Shown: positions 13,201 to 26,664 of the stretch, one piece after another
How positions within the stretch are numbered: position 1 is the first letter of the stretch
Layout of the letters: each line of letters begins with the position of its first letter
Position numbers and translations under genes: made by a program
The notes under the pieces: model-generated
What the model was told of the DNA's origin: nothing
Databases searched by the model: none
What the model saw: the letters and a program-made list of their open reading frames with translations, nothing else
Source: Emiliania huxleyi CCMP1516
Lineage: Eukaryota
Reading direction: 5' to 3'
Assembly (NCBI RefSeq): GCF_000372725.1
Contig: NW_005201360.1
Coordinates: 270,881 to 334,880, forward strand
DNA length: 64,000 nucleotides

Positions 13201-14361
13201 GCGGCGGGCGGCGTCGCGGGCGGCAGCGATCGCGGCTCGACGGTGGAGGCGGAGGGTGGTGGCTGTGGTGGATCTTTGAGTTTATTTCATGATGGACTAC
13301 AAGGACTGGGGGTTCAACCGGGAGGCAGGGGGTTCAACCAGGCGACGGAGGACCGTGGGCCATCGCGGGGACTGCTGCGTACGGAGGGCGCAGCAGGCAG
13401 ATCCGGATGGTCTCACGCCGGTGGGAGGCACCGAGGCGTCTTGGACGCTCAGCTCTACCTTAGCTCCTGAGGGGCGCGTGGTTCTAACCACGTAGTATGA
13501 CTATAGCCCACCACAGACACCCTCCCTGCTCCACACGTGTGCACACACCCTCACCCTCTCCCCTCTCCTCTCTCTCTCTCTCTCCTCTCCTCTCCTTGTC
13601 TGCTGTCTGCCTGACTCAGGCGCAATCTGCCGATGCGAGATTGTGTGTGGGCTGCTCCTAGGGGGCCCTGTGCGATCCGACGGGTAGGGGGGCTGTGCCC
13701 GGGCGGTGTCCGGTGTGGAGTCCCCTTCTGATCCCGCCTGAGATGTTGGGTGCGAGGTCGTGGAAGCTTTGATCCCAAGGGGGGGAGCTGATCCCACTCG
13801 TAACCAACTCTCAGGGGCAGTAGGTGGGCGATCTTCAGGCGCGCCCATCTCGATCGACAAGGCGTCGCTACGCGCGGTCTTCCGCGGGGGGAGCTTCGTC
13901 GACGGGTGCGGGAGCGCGGCGCAGCCAGTGCCGTGGCGATGCCTCCGGCTGTTTGCGGGGGGCGGCTTGCTGCTCGCTGCATGGCGAAAAACTCGTCTCG
14001 CCACACGCCAAGGGCTTATGCTCTGGCGAGACGTGAGGCGCATGCGCCCAGGATGGGAGGGGGCATGCGTAACGACACTGCTAGAGATGCCTTTCGGGGC
14101 CCAGAGATAAAACTTCTGATGCCATGCGTGACCTAGTAGTGTCCCCAGCTATGGGCGTGTCCACGTTGGAGCCAGGTGTGGTGTGGGCGCGAGAATAGCT
14201 CCGCCGTTCATGGAGGCAACCGATGCGAGTCGACTGGTGTGTGTCGTCGTGGTTTCGTATCAAGAATACTCACTCACTCACGTAACACCTACCTACCTAC
14301 CTACCTACCTGGCATAGGAATTTCATTGGGAATTCCTATCTGCAATGCGGCCCGCGCATGA

Positions 14362-14362
<1 letters not shown>

Positions 14363-14420
<58 letters not shown>
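14363..14420. repeat. (CA)n microsatellite
   Basis: Read directly. Confidence 0.97.
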
Positions 14421-14422
<2 letters not shown>

Positions 14423-14608
14423 CGACGAGATTGGAAATAAGGAGAAAAAAGGTATGTTGCTTCCCACATGGCAGCACATGAATCGCCGTGCCGCTTGCAG
14501 GATGACCCAGGTTTCCCGCAGACGCTCGCAGCCGAACCCACGGCATTCATCGGCCTCGTCCTCTCGAGCAGCGCCTTTGCGTGGGTTAAGGCGTGTGTGT
14601 GTGTATAT

Positions 14609-17139
14609 ATGCGGCCCGCCATCGGCCTCGTCTACGACGGCCATGCGCAGCACCTTCCGCCAGCGAGCGCCAGGGCCACGCACATCGAGACGCCCGAGCG
14701 CGTGAGCGTCATCTACCGTGCGCTTGGCAAGGCTCGGCTGCTGGACCGGCTGACGCGGGTGGCTCCACGCGAGGCGACGCGGGCGGAGGCGGAGGCGGTT
14801 CACACAGCGGAGCACCTCGACGCCCTCGAGGCGCTCGCCGACGCCGAGCCGTCCCTCCGAGGCGCGTGGCGCGGCGGCGCGGGTGGCGGCTGGTCGCTCG
14901 GCCGCGACATGTTCCACGATGCGCAGACGGCTTGTGCGGCACGGCGGGCGGCGGGCGGCGTCGTCGCGCTGACCGAGGCTGTCCTCCGCGGCGAGATCTC
15001 CTCCGGCTTTGCGCTCGTGCGCCCGCCCGGCCACCATGCCTGTGAGGACCGGATGGCGGGCTTCTGCCTCGTTGACTCTTCGCCGCGGCGTGAGAACGGC
15101 GTCTCTCCACACGTCTGGCTGCGGCTAGGCGGGCTTCTGCTTCCTCAACTCGGTCGCGGTCGCCGCGCGGGCTGCGCTCTCTCCGCGCGGCGGGCTGCGG
15201 CGGGTGCTCGTCGTGGACTGGGATGTGCACCACGGCGATGGGACGCAGGCCATCTTCGAGGAGGACCCGGCCGTCCTCTTCTTCTCGCTGCACCGCTTCG
15301 GGCGCGGCTTCTTCCCTGGCGCGGCAGCACGGAGCCGCGCCCCGGGCAGGGGCTGAGGACGGACTCCCTCTGCCCCTCTCCTTCGCGCAGGGACCGGCGC
15401 CGCGAGCTGCGTGGGCGGCGGCGCCGCTGCAGGCAATAGAGCTGCGTGGGCGATCTACTGTCTGCGATCTACTCTCTCTAGTAGAGATCTTGATTACTCG
15501 TACTTTTAGCTTACTAACCCGAGTTAAACTAGCAGGCCGAACCGTCAACGTGCCCTTCCGGCGCGAGGGGGTGAGGCCCCCCGCACCCGGCTGAGCCTTC
15601 TCGGAGCCGGCTCGGAGCCTCCCCTGTAGGCGCGAGGGGATGGGGGATGCCGAGTACTTGGCCGCGTTCGACGCGCTGCTGCTGCCGATCGCACGCGCCC
15701 TTCCATCCTCCTCGTCTCCTCCGCGAGCTCACCCGAGATTGGGCCGAGATTGGCCCGAGAGTAGGCGCGAGCCTTCGATCCGCAGCTCGTCCTCGTCTCG
15801 GCCGGCTTCGACGCGGCGGGCGGCGACCTGGCGGACGAGCCGGGGGGCGGGGGCGGGATCTCTCCCTGACTCTTCTCTCCCTCCCTCCTCCCCTCCAGGC
15901 GGGAGGCGACAGGGTGGGCGGGATGGACCTCACCGCGGGTGGGTTCGCGGGGATGGCGGCGCGGTTGCGGTCGCTGGCGGGTGGGCGGGTGGTCTTCGCG
16001 CTCGAGGGGGGCTACAAGCCCTCCCTCGCTGCTAAGGGCGTCCTCGCGTGCGTCCGGTGCGCGCCGCTGCCGCCACTATACCGCACCCCTCACCACGCTC
16101 TCACCCCTCACACCACCCCTCACTCCACCCCTCACCACCCCACCCCTCACCACCACCCCTCACCACCAGCCGCCCTCACCGCTCCTTGCTCCCTCCGTGC
16201 TCAGCGTGCTGCTCGACGACCCCTCCGTCGGCCCGGCCGCGAGGCTGCCGCAGGGCGAGCCGCGCGTCGACTTTGGAGGGATGAATCGTAGACAGCTGTG
16301 AACAGTAGCAGCTGTGAACAGGCGAGCCGCGCGTCGACTTTGGAGGGATGAATCGTAGACAGCTGTGAACAGTAGCAGCTGTGAACAGGCGAGCCGCGCG
16401 TCGACTTTGGAGGGATCGCGCGCGCGGCGCGCCACCCGGAGATGCCGAGCACGGCCACACACACCCTGGCCTTCTAGCAAGCCCTGGCCTTCTAGCAAGC
16501 GTCCTGGACGACAACCATTCCTCTCCTCTCACTCACCGCGCGAGGGCCGTAGCTCCGCCCCCCCCCCCAGCCACCCCCACCCCCCACCCCCCATCTCGAG
16601 TGCACCACACGCACACACCTCGAGACGCGCCGTGAGCAAAGACAGACCGCTGCGAGCAGGCGCACCACGCACTCCTCGAGACGCTGCGAGCGCACGCCGA
16701 CCTCTGGCCACTCCTCAAGGGCTCGCCCCTCGCCAACCACCCCTCCCTCCCGCTCCGCCTCTCGGAACGACCCTCCGCCGCGCACTCCGACGGCGACGGC
16801 GACGGCGGCGGCGACGCCGACGGGCCCCTCCGCCCTGGCCCCGCCGCCGCCACCGCGGTGCCGTCGACGCAGGGTGCCGCGACGAGCGGCGGTTCGAGCG
16901 GCGGTTCGAGCGGCAGCGAGGGCGTCCAGCAGTGCAGGAGCTGCTCGTGCCGGCTGCCAAAGGGCGCGTTCTCCGCCAGCCAGCTACGGCGGAGGCGGGC
17001 CGGCGAGCGCGTTTGCAAGGGGTGTTCCGGGATCTCCATGCCGAAAGGAGCTTTCCATGCGGCCAATCGAGGACATAATTCTATTGGGATTCCCGCAGTA
17101 CGCGTGTCGAGTACGCATGATGATGTGACTGATTTGTGA
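14609..17139 (+). CDS. Class II-type histone deacetylase with C-terminal Stc1-like Zn finger, multi-exon
   Basis: [50 protein letters not shown]...[28 protein letters not shown]; last exon (about 16660-17139) [14 protein letters not shown]...[31 protein letters not shown]. Confidence 0.9.
16254..16416. repeat. 67-bp tandem repeat (about 2.4 copies) at an HDAC exon/intron junction
   Basis: GGCGAGCCGCGCGTCGACTTTGGAGGGAT starts at 16254, 16321 and 16388. Confidence 0.95.
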
Positions 17140-18655
17140 GTGTGTGGTGTGGTCGAAGTATGTGGGCCGACTCTTCTAGATAATGTGTGTATTCTTTCTG
17201 CTTCTTCGAACCGGCACCTAACCCTAAAGCTACATGTACATGTGCATGTGCATGTGCATGTGCATGTGCATGTGCGGATCAAAGCCTAACCCCATAGTGC
17301 ATAGACCCGTAAAAAAAAGTAATATATCTTTACTTCCAAAACCCGGACGTGCCTCCACCGGCACGCCGCTTCCGACAGGGTGATGGAAGGTTCGACGCAC
17401 CTCCCCGGACTGGGCAGAGAGGTCCCAACGTAAAGACGATGGGCTGTCCACCCCGCCCCCACTTGCCCTGACTACACAGGATAGCGTGCCCCGACAAACG
17501 GCGACACATAGCGGGGGACACTGCGCCGGGGGGTATGCCTAACTTTGGTGCTTTGTGTGGGTCGCGTTCCCATGGTAGCTGTGTGGCTGAAGCCCTCGTG
17601 CCGCTGGCTTGCCCCTTCCAGCGGCTGGCCCCTCGAGACTGTCGGTGCTTGGCGGGAGGAGGGGGAGAGGGAGGCCCGGTGGGAGGAGAGGGAGAGGGAG
17701 GCCCGGTGGGAGGGGAGGGAGAGGGAGGCCGTCTTGGGCTCTTCTCCTCCCCCCTCCCTGGGCTCTTCTCCTCTCCCCACCCTGGGCTCTTCTCCCCTCC
17801 TCCCTGGTACTCTCGGCCTGATTACCGGAGCGACTGCCAGAGCAGACGCTGGGGGGACACTCGCGCCCGGAGGCGGTACGCACGACCCGGAGGCGTGGGG
17901 ATGGGGGGGGGCCGCGCCGCCGCCGCCGTGCCGCCTTCTCCCGCTTTGACCTCCCCCAGCTGCTTCTCCTCAAATCAACCTGTGAGCTTGCGAGGCGGCG
18001 GGGGTGGGAGTGCTCTCGGGCGGCGTGTGCGAGCGCGCGCGGCGCGAGATCTTTTTCGCGAGGGCACGGTGGGTCGGGTGAGTATCTCGCGCGCTCGCAC
18101 TATTTTACGTTATATCAAGCACTGCCTTTGATGCCTTTGCAAGAACCGCCAGCGGCGGTGGTCGAACCGGTTCGCGGTTCGAGCCGGGACCTTTTGGCTC
18201 CCGGTTCGGAACTCGCTTGGAGGGTTGCTTCGCTCTCGCGGAGCGAGCGCGGGCGCGTGGGTGCGTGTGCGCATGCGCTGCTGCAAGGCGAGGCGAGGCG
18301 CGGGGCGGCGCGGCGCGGCGAGGCGGGCGGCGGCGGCGCGCGGTCGTTCTTTTTGCCCGGGTGAGGCGTGGCTTGCGCGCCGCGCGGTGATGACGCAGCA
18401 CGCTGAAAAGTCCTTGGTGAGCCACCGCGGTGGCGGCGAGCCAAAGCAAGCCACCTGCCGCATGACGGGTTGACCGACGGCGTCTCACATTCTCTCAGTG
18501 CATAGACCCGTAACTCTACCCTATGAAGGGTAAGAGTTAGCCAACAACGCGAACGCGCGCGCGGCGCGCAAGCAATCAACACCCAAGAAAACTTGGAGAA
18601 AAAGAATTTCGAGCAGCGCTTCGCCGACTTTGCTGGGGTTGCCGGCCGCGTCTGC

Positions 18656-21600
18656 ATGGACCGTCGCCTCCTCGAGGGCGAGCACCGCCCGACGAGCGCC
18701 GCCGCGCAGGCGTGGGCCCTCGTGGCCTGCAAGGACTTGCCTCTCAAGCGAGCGAAATGGCGCACGACCATCTGCGAGCTGCTGCTGCCGGCGCTGCTCT
18801 GCTCACTGATGGTGATCGGCGTGGCAGCCGCGACCGTGGACAAGGTGGAGGCGCAAGACTTCGCGCCGCGCGGCCCGGTCGACGCGCTCGGCTCGCTCCT
18901 CCTCCCGAGCTGGCTCCTCTCCGGCGCGTCCATCCCGACCGGCGGCCTGCCCACGCCGGCGCTCTTCTCGAACCTCTCTGCGCCTGGGTGGGTGCCGCCG
19001 CTCTGGCTGTACCTGCTCTACGCCTCCGGCAAGACCAACTTCACCGGCGGCCTCCGCTTCCCGCCCTACCGCCACAGCGCGAGTATGGCGGGACAGCCGG
19101 TGCGGCGGTGCCGTCACAACTGCACGCTTGAGCAGTTTGTCGTCGTGCCTGACTCGCCTGCTGTCCGCACGCTCGTGGAGGCGCTGCTTGCGCGCGTGCA
19201 CACGGCACAGCTCGAGTTCGCCGCCGCGGCGAGGCCGCTCGGCCTCATGCGAGGCGTGCTTCGCCCCTTCGCAGCAGCAGCAGCGCCCCCTCCTCCCCTC
19301 CTCTCGCCTCTCTGCCCGACACCGGTGTGCGCCCGACCAAAGGGGGTGGTGCCTTCCCTGAGGCCGGCCGCACACCCTCGCAGGCATGCCCGCCCCCGTC
19401 GTGCCTCGCTATCTCGACTCCGAGGCAGAGCTCGACTCGCGCGCCTACGAGGGCGACACCATCTGGGCGGCAGTCGTCTTTTCAGAGCTGGGCAGCGGAG
19501 GTTCAGAGCTGGGCGGCGGAGGTTCAGAGCTGGGCGGCGGAGGCGGCGGGGATGGCGGAGGCGGCGGCGGCAACTGGAGCTACACTCTGCGCTTCAACGC
19601 GAGCAACGTGCCCTCGACGCGGCGCCTCTTTGACCGCTTCGCCACCGGCCGCTCGCGCCGGTTCGAGCCGTACTACTCGTCCGGCTTCCTCTCGCTGCAG
19701 CACGCGCTCAACGACGCGATCCTCGCGCGCGAGACGGGCGGCGCGCTGCGGCCGCCCTCGGCGTACGGGGTCCCCTTCCCGGTGCCGGCGTACCAGCACT
19801 CCGTGTTCTTTGACTTTGCGGGCAACCTGATCGGGATCCTCGCCCAATTAACAGTCCATTAACAGTTCATTAACAGTTCATTGATAGTGAATTAGGCAAC
19901 CTGATCGGGATCCTCGCCATCTTTTCGCTCCTCGTCCCCCTCTCCTCGCTCCTCCGCTCAGTCGTCCTCGAGCGAGAGCAGCGGCTCAAGGAGCCCACGC
20001 CCCCTCCCTTCTGCCTGGCCCTGCGACCGGGGCTGCGCGCGAGATCACCCGAGATCACCCCAGATGGCTCGAGGCTGTAGGAGCAGCTCCTGATCATGGG
20101 CACGGCGCCACCCGCCTACTACACCTCCCTGCTCGCAACCTCCGCCGCCGCCTTCCTCCTCATCTCCGCCGTCTGCGCCGCCGAGATCGGCCTCTCCTGC
20201 TACACGCACTCGGACGGCGCGCTCGTCCTGCTGCTCTTTCTCCTGTTCGGGCTCGCCACGCTCGCCTTCGCGCTGGCGATGGCGCCGCTCTTCTCGAACG
20301 CGCGCCTCGCCGCGCTGGTTGGCCCTCTGCTTCCTCTCGTCGCAGCTCTACTCCTTCTTCACACCTGCAGCTGTGAATAGGTTGGCCCTCTGCTCTACTT
20401 CCTCTCGTCGCAGCTCTACTCCTTCTTCCTCGAGGGCGGCGAGCTGTCCGACGGGCAGGTGAGAGACCTATTCACAGCTGCTCGTGTGCAGAGACGCCAT
20501 TCACAGCTGTCCGACGGTCAGGTCGGCGCCAAGGCGCTCGCGTCGCTGCTGCCCGCGATGGCCTTCTACCTCGGCGCGTCGCAGACGGGCGCCTGCAGGA
20601 GGCGCCTCGCCGGGACGTGTCCATGACGCGTCCGCGACGTGTTGTCCGCAGGCGCGTCGCAGATGGCGCAGTACGAGGGGTCGCAGCAGGGCGTGACGTG
20701 GGGCAGCGTGCACGAGGGCCCCTTCCCCCTCTCCGCCTCGCTCGCCTTTCTCGCGCTCGACACGCTCCTCTACCTCGCCCTCGCCTACTACCTCGACGCC
20801 GTCCTCGCGAACGGCGTGGGCACCGCGCGGAGCCCCCTCTTCTGCCTCGACGCATTCCGCCGCCCGCGCGCGCGAGCCGCCGCCGCCGCCGCGAGCGGCT
20901 CGCACACGGCCGCCGAGGCGCGCGACGACGCGCCGGTGGTTGAGCCGCTCGCCGCGCCGCTCTCCGACCGCGGCGTGGTGGTGCGCTCGCTGCGCAAGGA
21001 GTACCCGCGCGGCGTGGCGGTGGAGGGGCTCTCGCTGCAGCTTCCGCCCGACGCCATCACCTGCCTGCTCGGCTCCAACGGCGCCGGCAAGACGACCACC
21101 ATCTCGATGCTGACTGGGCTGGTCCCGCCCACCGCCGGCGACGCGACCATCGACGGCCGCTCGCTCTCGGCCGAGCTGCGCGCCATCCGCACGTCGATCG
21201 GCGTCTGCCAGCAGGTGAACACCATCTGGGAGGAGCTCTCGCCGACGCAGCACCTCACGCTCTTCGGCCGGCTGCGAGGGCTGAGCGGCGGCGACCTCGC
21301 CGCCGAGGTCGCGCGCGCCCTGCAGCGGGTCGGGCTGCAGGAGCGGGCCAGCGTGCGGGCGGGGGCGCTCTCCGGCGGCCAGAAGCGCAAGCTGTGCCTC
21401 GCCGTCGCGCTGCTCGGCGGCTCTCGCACCCTCTTCCTCGACGAGCCGACCTCGGGCATGGACCCGCACTCTCGCCGCGCCATCTGGGCGCTGCTGCGCG
21501 AGCAGCGGCAGGGCCGGACGGTCGTGCTGACGACGCACTTCCTCGACGAGGCGATGCGCTCCTAGACACGTCCTAGACTCCTCCTAGACTCCTCCTAGAC

Positions 21601-24600
21601 TCCTCCGAGGCACCTCCGAGGCACCTCCGAGGCACCTCCGAGGCACCTCCGAGGCACCTCCGAGGCACCTGCGAGGCACCTCCGAGGCACCTCCGAGGCA
21701 CCTCCGAGGCACCTCCGAGGCACCTCCGAGGCACCTCCGAGGCACCTCCGAGGCACCTCCGAGGCACCTCCGAGGCACCTCCGAGGCACCTCCGAGGCAC
21801 CTCCCAGACACTAAGACGGCCCGGCGGAGCTGCTCCATGTCCAGGAGCCGTCCAGGACATGTCCAGGAGCCGTCCAGGACATGTCCAGGAGCCGTCCTCT
21901 AGGCGGAGATGCTCGCCGACCGGATCGCGATCATGGCGGAGGGGCGGCTGCGCTGCGTCGGCTCGCCCCTCTTCCTCAAGGCGCAATCCGCGCTGCACCT
22001 CGGCTCTGTCTTGGCCTCGGCTCTGTCTCGGCTCTGTCTCGGCTCTGTCTCGGCTCCGTCTCGGCTATGGCTGTATCTCGGCTCTGTCTCGGCACCAGTC
22101 TCACCCCCCTTCCTCAAAGGCGCACTACGGCGTCGGCCACACCCTCAGCGTGACCAAGGCGGCGCCGGACGGCGGCGGCGGCGCGGTGCGCCTCGACCCA
22201 GCCAGGCTGCTCGAGGTGCTCAAGAAGGAGGTAGCCGGCGCGGAGCTATCTTCGCTCTCCGCGGACTCGGCCTCGTTCCGACTGCCCGGCGCCGCGCTGC
22301 CACCGCTGCGCGCCGCCTTCGCCGCCGTCGAGGAGTCTCGCTCGGCGTCACCGAGCTGTCTCCGAAGAGGCTTGTCGGACCCCTCTCGGAGCTTGCGGTA
22401 GGCGTCTCGCTCGTCGCTCGGCGTGGCCGACCTCGGCGAGATCTAGCCGAGATACAGCCGAGATGCGGCCGAGGTACAGCCGAGATATATCGCTCGGTGT
22501 GGCCGACCTCGGCGAGGCGCGCGCCGCGAGGCTCGCGGGCCGGAGGTAGGCCGAGGGCCAGCCAAGGCCGAGGGCCGGCCAAGGCCGAGGGCCAGCCAAG
22601 GCGTGCCCGCGGGTAGGCGTGACGTGCACCACGCTCGAGGACGTCTTCCTCCAGATCAACGAGCGCGACCTCGCGCGGCTGCGCCAGATCCAGTCGGGCA
22701 CCTCGCTCGCCCTCACCTCGGACGGGGACCCCGCCCCGGCCTCCCCCGCCCCGGCCTCCCCCGCCCCGTCGGCGGTGAGCCGATCGGTGGCATCCCCGAC
22801 GCCCCCTGCCTCGTCGGCGCCGCCCTCGTCCGCCGGCGACGACTCGTTCGAGACGGCGGAGGAGGCGTCCGAGATGATCGAGGCGAGATGTAGCCGAGAC
22901 GGAGCAGAGGGATAGCCGAGGGAAAGCCGAGGGAAAGCCGAGATATCGCCGCGGACGCTTTCCCTGAGCCGTGTCCAAGCCCGTGCAGGCGGGCTCCGCG
23001 GCGGACGCGGTCGCGCTGCGCCTCTCCACCTCTTCGGACGGCCGCCTCTCCAGCGGGTCGGCGAGGCGGAGGCGGGCGGCCGAGGAGGCGGGCGGACTGC
23101 TGCGGCGCATCTCGGCGGGCTCTACCGCCGACTCTCGAGCCCCTCCTCCTCCCCCTCCCTCGAGTGAGCCGAGCGAGGCGGGGGCAAGCTCGGCGTCCGT
23201 CGTCCGCGGTGTCTGCAGCTCATCGCACTCTCGGCCGCTTGAGCTCGTCGCCGGTTGCACTCAGAGTGCATACTCGACTGCGGACAGGCTTGCTCGCCAA
23301 GCGCGCTCTCACCGCGCGGCGCGACCTGCTCACCACCTGCTGCTCGCTCTGCTGTCCCGTGTGGCTCGTCCTCTTCGCGCTGCTGCTGCTCGGCGCATCC
23401 GCGCGCCTCACCAGCCCCGGCCCTCCTCTCCGCCTCGTCCCGTCGGCAGCCCTCGCGTGCCCGCCAGGGCAGGAGACAGAAAGACCGGCGGGGGAAAGGA
23501 GTCCGCTCCCTGTAGGCCGTCTTCGCGGACACGCTCGGGCGGCACGGCCTCGTCGGCGAGCACGGCGTGCGGCTGCTCGTGCCCGAGCAGGCGGAGGTCG
23601 TAGCCGAGATTTGGCCGAGATTTGGCCGAGAATTGGCCGAGAATTGGCCGAGATTTGGCCGAGATTTGGCCGAGATCGGGCCGAGATCGGGCCGAGATTT
23701 GGCCGAGATCCGGCTTGCCCCCCGAGCAGGTGGACCCGGCGCTGCCGCCGACCCTCTCTTCCGACGGGTGGGACGTCGAGGACGGCGGCGGGCTCGCTTG
23801 CTCGAGCGGCGCCGCCGCGGCGCGCAACGTCTCCTCCTTCCTCGCCGCGCACCCGGAGGTGACCAGGCCGGCCGCACTCGCGACGGCGCGCCTGCTCTCG
23901 CGCCGGGCGGCGAGCGCGCTGCCTCCGCACGCGCAGCCGCTCGCGCGCGGGCTTCGCGCGGCCGGCTCCGCGGACCGCCTCCTCTTCGCCCTCTTCAACT
24001 CGACCTCGACGCACGCGCTGCCGGCGCTGATCGCCACCGCGTACGACAGCCTGCTCGCCAACGCGACGGCGGGCGGCTCGCGGCTGAGCGCCTCGGCGTC
24101 GGCGCTGCCGTACTCGAAGCGGCAGGAGGCGACGCTCTCTGCCATCATCGCCGTCTTTGCCTCGATCATGGTCCGATGAATTAGCGTCCAGTAGTGCGCA
24201 GTAGTTACGGTCCGCAGTCGGCCCTCCTCGTCGCTGTTCGCCACGCCGTGGCCTTCGCCCCACTCTGCTGCCTCTTGCCCCGGAAGCTACCCACCACGCC
24301 TCGCGATCCCGACTCGCCGCTCGCCAGGTCCTCGTCCCCTTCGCTTTTGTGGGCGCCCTCTTCGTCACGCCGCTGCTGCGCGAGCGAGAGTCGGGCTCCA
24401 AGCAGATGCAGTTCGTCTCTGGCGTCGGCCCCGTCGCCTACTGGGTCTCCTCCTGGCTCTGGGACGCGGCCCTCTACGCCGCCGTCCTCCTCGCCACCCT
24501 CGCCGTGCTGTGCGTGGCGCGCGGCGTCGTGCCGGCGGCCGCAAAGGCGTTCGCGGGCTCAGCGGAGGTGCTCGGCGCCACCGCGCTGTCGCTCGGCCTG

Positions 24601-26325
24601 TTTGGGTTCGCCGCGGTGCCCTTCGCCTCCGCCTCCTCCTTCTTCTTCTCGTCGCCCTCGTCCGGGCTGATTGCGCTCATCGCCTTCCACTTTGTGTCGG
24701 GCTTCGGCCTCGTCATCGCCAACTTCATCCTCTCCTTCATCGACTCGACCGCAGACGCCAACGAGCAGCTGCAGCCCCTCTACCGCCTCTTCCCCGCCTT
24801 TTGCCTCGGCGACGCCTTTTACACGCTCGCCATGCGCGACGCCACCCGCGCGCTCGTCGGAGAGGGGCACGAGCAGAACCTGCTCGCCTCGGACCAGCTC
24901 GGCGCGCCGCTCCTCGCCCTCCTCGCCGAGGGGCTCGTCTTTGGGTGCGCCACCCTCGCGCTGCAGTACAACGAGGCCGCGCCGCTCCTCCCTGCGCTGG
25001 CCGCGCGCCTCCGGCGTCCCCGGGCACCGGCCGCCGCCACCGGGCAGAGCGGCGCCTCAACCGGGCAGAGCGGCGCTGCCGCTGGGCAGGGCGGCGCCGC
25101 GCCGGCCGGTGGCGGCGGCCGCAGCGGCGCGCGGCTCGTGCACGAGTCGGTTCCTGGAGCCTTCCCCGAACCTTCTCGGAACCTTCCTGCAGGGCTCGAG
25201 GACGAGTCGGTCCTCGCGGAGCGGGCCGCCGTGGCCGCGGGCGCGGCGGGCGGGGAGGGGGCCGCGGCTCGGGCTGACGGGGCAAAGCTCGTGCTGCGCA
25301 GCCTGCGAAAGGTGTTCGGGCCAAAGGTTGCGGTCGCCGACCTGTCGCTGCGCATCCGCACGGGCGAGTGCTTCGGCTTCCTCGGCACGAACGGCGCAGG
25401 CAAGTCGACGACCTTTGCGATGCTCACCGGCGCGGTGGCGCCGAGCTCGGGCGACGCGGCCCTCGACGGCTTGTCCGTGCGGCGCGACCAGGCGTCCATC
25501 CGGCGGCGCGTCGGCTACTGCCCTCAGCACGACGCGCTCGAGGGGCTGATGACGGGGCGCGAGACGCTGCGCATGTACGCGCGCATCAAGGGCGTGCCGC
25601 CCGCGGCCATCGAGGCGGAGGCGGAGGCGCTGCTGCAGGACCTCGACCTCGCTAAGTTTGGCGACAAGCCGGCGGGCCAGTACTCTGGCGGCAACAAGCG
25701 CAAGCTCTGCGTCGGCGTCGCGCTCGCGTTTGCGCCTGGTTTGCCGAGATTCCACGAGATCACCCGAGATCACCCGAGACTAGGCATCGCGCTCGTGGGC
25801 GCGCCGTCCCTCGTGCTGCTCGACGAGCCGTCGTCGGGGATGGACGCCGCCTCGAAGCGGTTCCTCTGGGCGGCCATCAAGCGGCGCACCGCGGACGCAT
25901 GCACCGTGCTCACCTCGCACTCGATGGAGGAGTGCGAGGCGTTGTGCGGCCGCATCGGGGTCATAGTCGAGGGGCGGCTGCGCTGCGTCGGCTCCCTGCA
26001 GGCGCTCAAGTCGCGGTACGGGCAGGGGTACAAGCTCGACCTCCGGCTGCAGCCCGAGCAGGCGGAGGCGGCCGTCGAGCGAGTGCTCGCCGCGCTGCGC
26101 CGCCAGTTTGACGGCGTCGAGGTGGCGGAGGTGGAGCCGCCCAATTTGTCGCTCACCGTGCCGCAGGCCGGCACGCCGCTCTCGGAGCTGTTTGGCGCGC
26201 TGGTGGCGCTGCGCGAGTCGCTGCCGGTGCAAGAGGCTTCCGTCACGCAGTGCACCCTAGAGCAGATCTTCCTACTCATGGCGAGCAAGGCGGCCTTGCG
26301 CGCGTCGGGAAGCGCCGCCGCGTGA
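18656..26325 (+). CDS. Full-size ABCA-family transporter, multi-exon
   Basis: N-terminal LVACKDLPLKRAKWRTTICELLLP; YYSSGFLSLQHAL; NBD1 LLGSNGAGKTT/LSGGQKRKL/FLDEPTSGMD/LTTHFLDEA; ERESGSKQMQFVSGV; NBD2 GTNGAGKST/YSGGNKRKL/LDEPSSGMD/TSHSMEECE; C-terminal TLEQIF. Confidence 0.95.
21602..21803. repeat. Intronic 11-bp minisatellite (CCTCCGAGGCA)n
   Basis: About 18 near-perfect units inside an ABCA intron. Confidence 0.95.
23603..23709. repeat. Intronic 11-bp minisatellite (GCCGAGATTTG-like)n
   Basis: Read directly, inside an ABCA intron. Confidence 0.9.
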
Positions 26326-26664
26326 GGAGGGCCGAGCCCGAGGGCCGAGGGCGTTACCGTGAGAGAGGTGTCGACGTTGTACAGTATGGCCCACGCGCTG
26401 TGTTGTCTGGTGCAGTCACAATCTCACAGAGGTTGAGAGTGCTGAGGATCCACACCCGCAGCTGTTGAATTAGTATGTAAAACTCAATTTTCATGTTTTC
26501 CCCGTGACGCGTGAGGCGTGAGAAGATTGTTTGTTGTTGTGTATGTATGTGAGAGGCGCTGGTCGCTGCTGAGAGAAGTGCGCTCTTTTGATACATTGCT
26601 GGCAGCGTGCCGGGCGCATGATTTCTTTTTCCACGGTGTTGGTTGGGCAGCCTCGCCCGTGACT

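Noticed and set aside
21602..21803. CRISPR-like regularity here and at 16254-16416
   Set aside because: Head-to-tail tandem units without unique spacers, in eukaryotic introns, with no cas genes.
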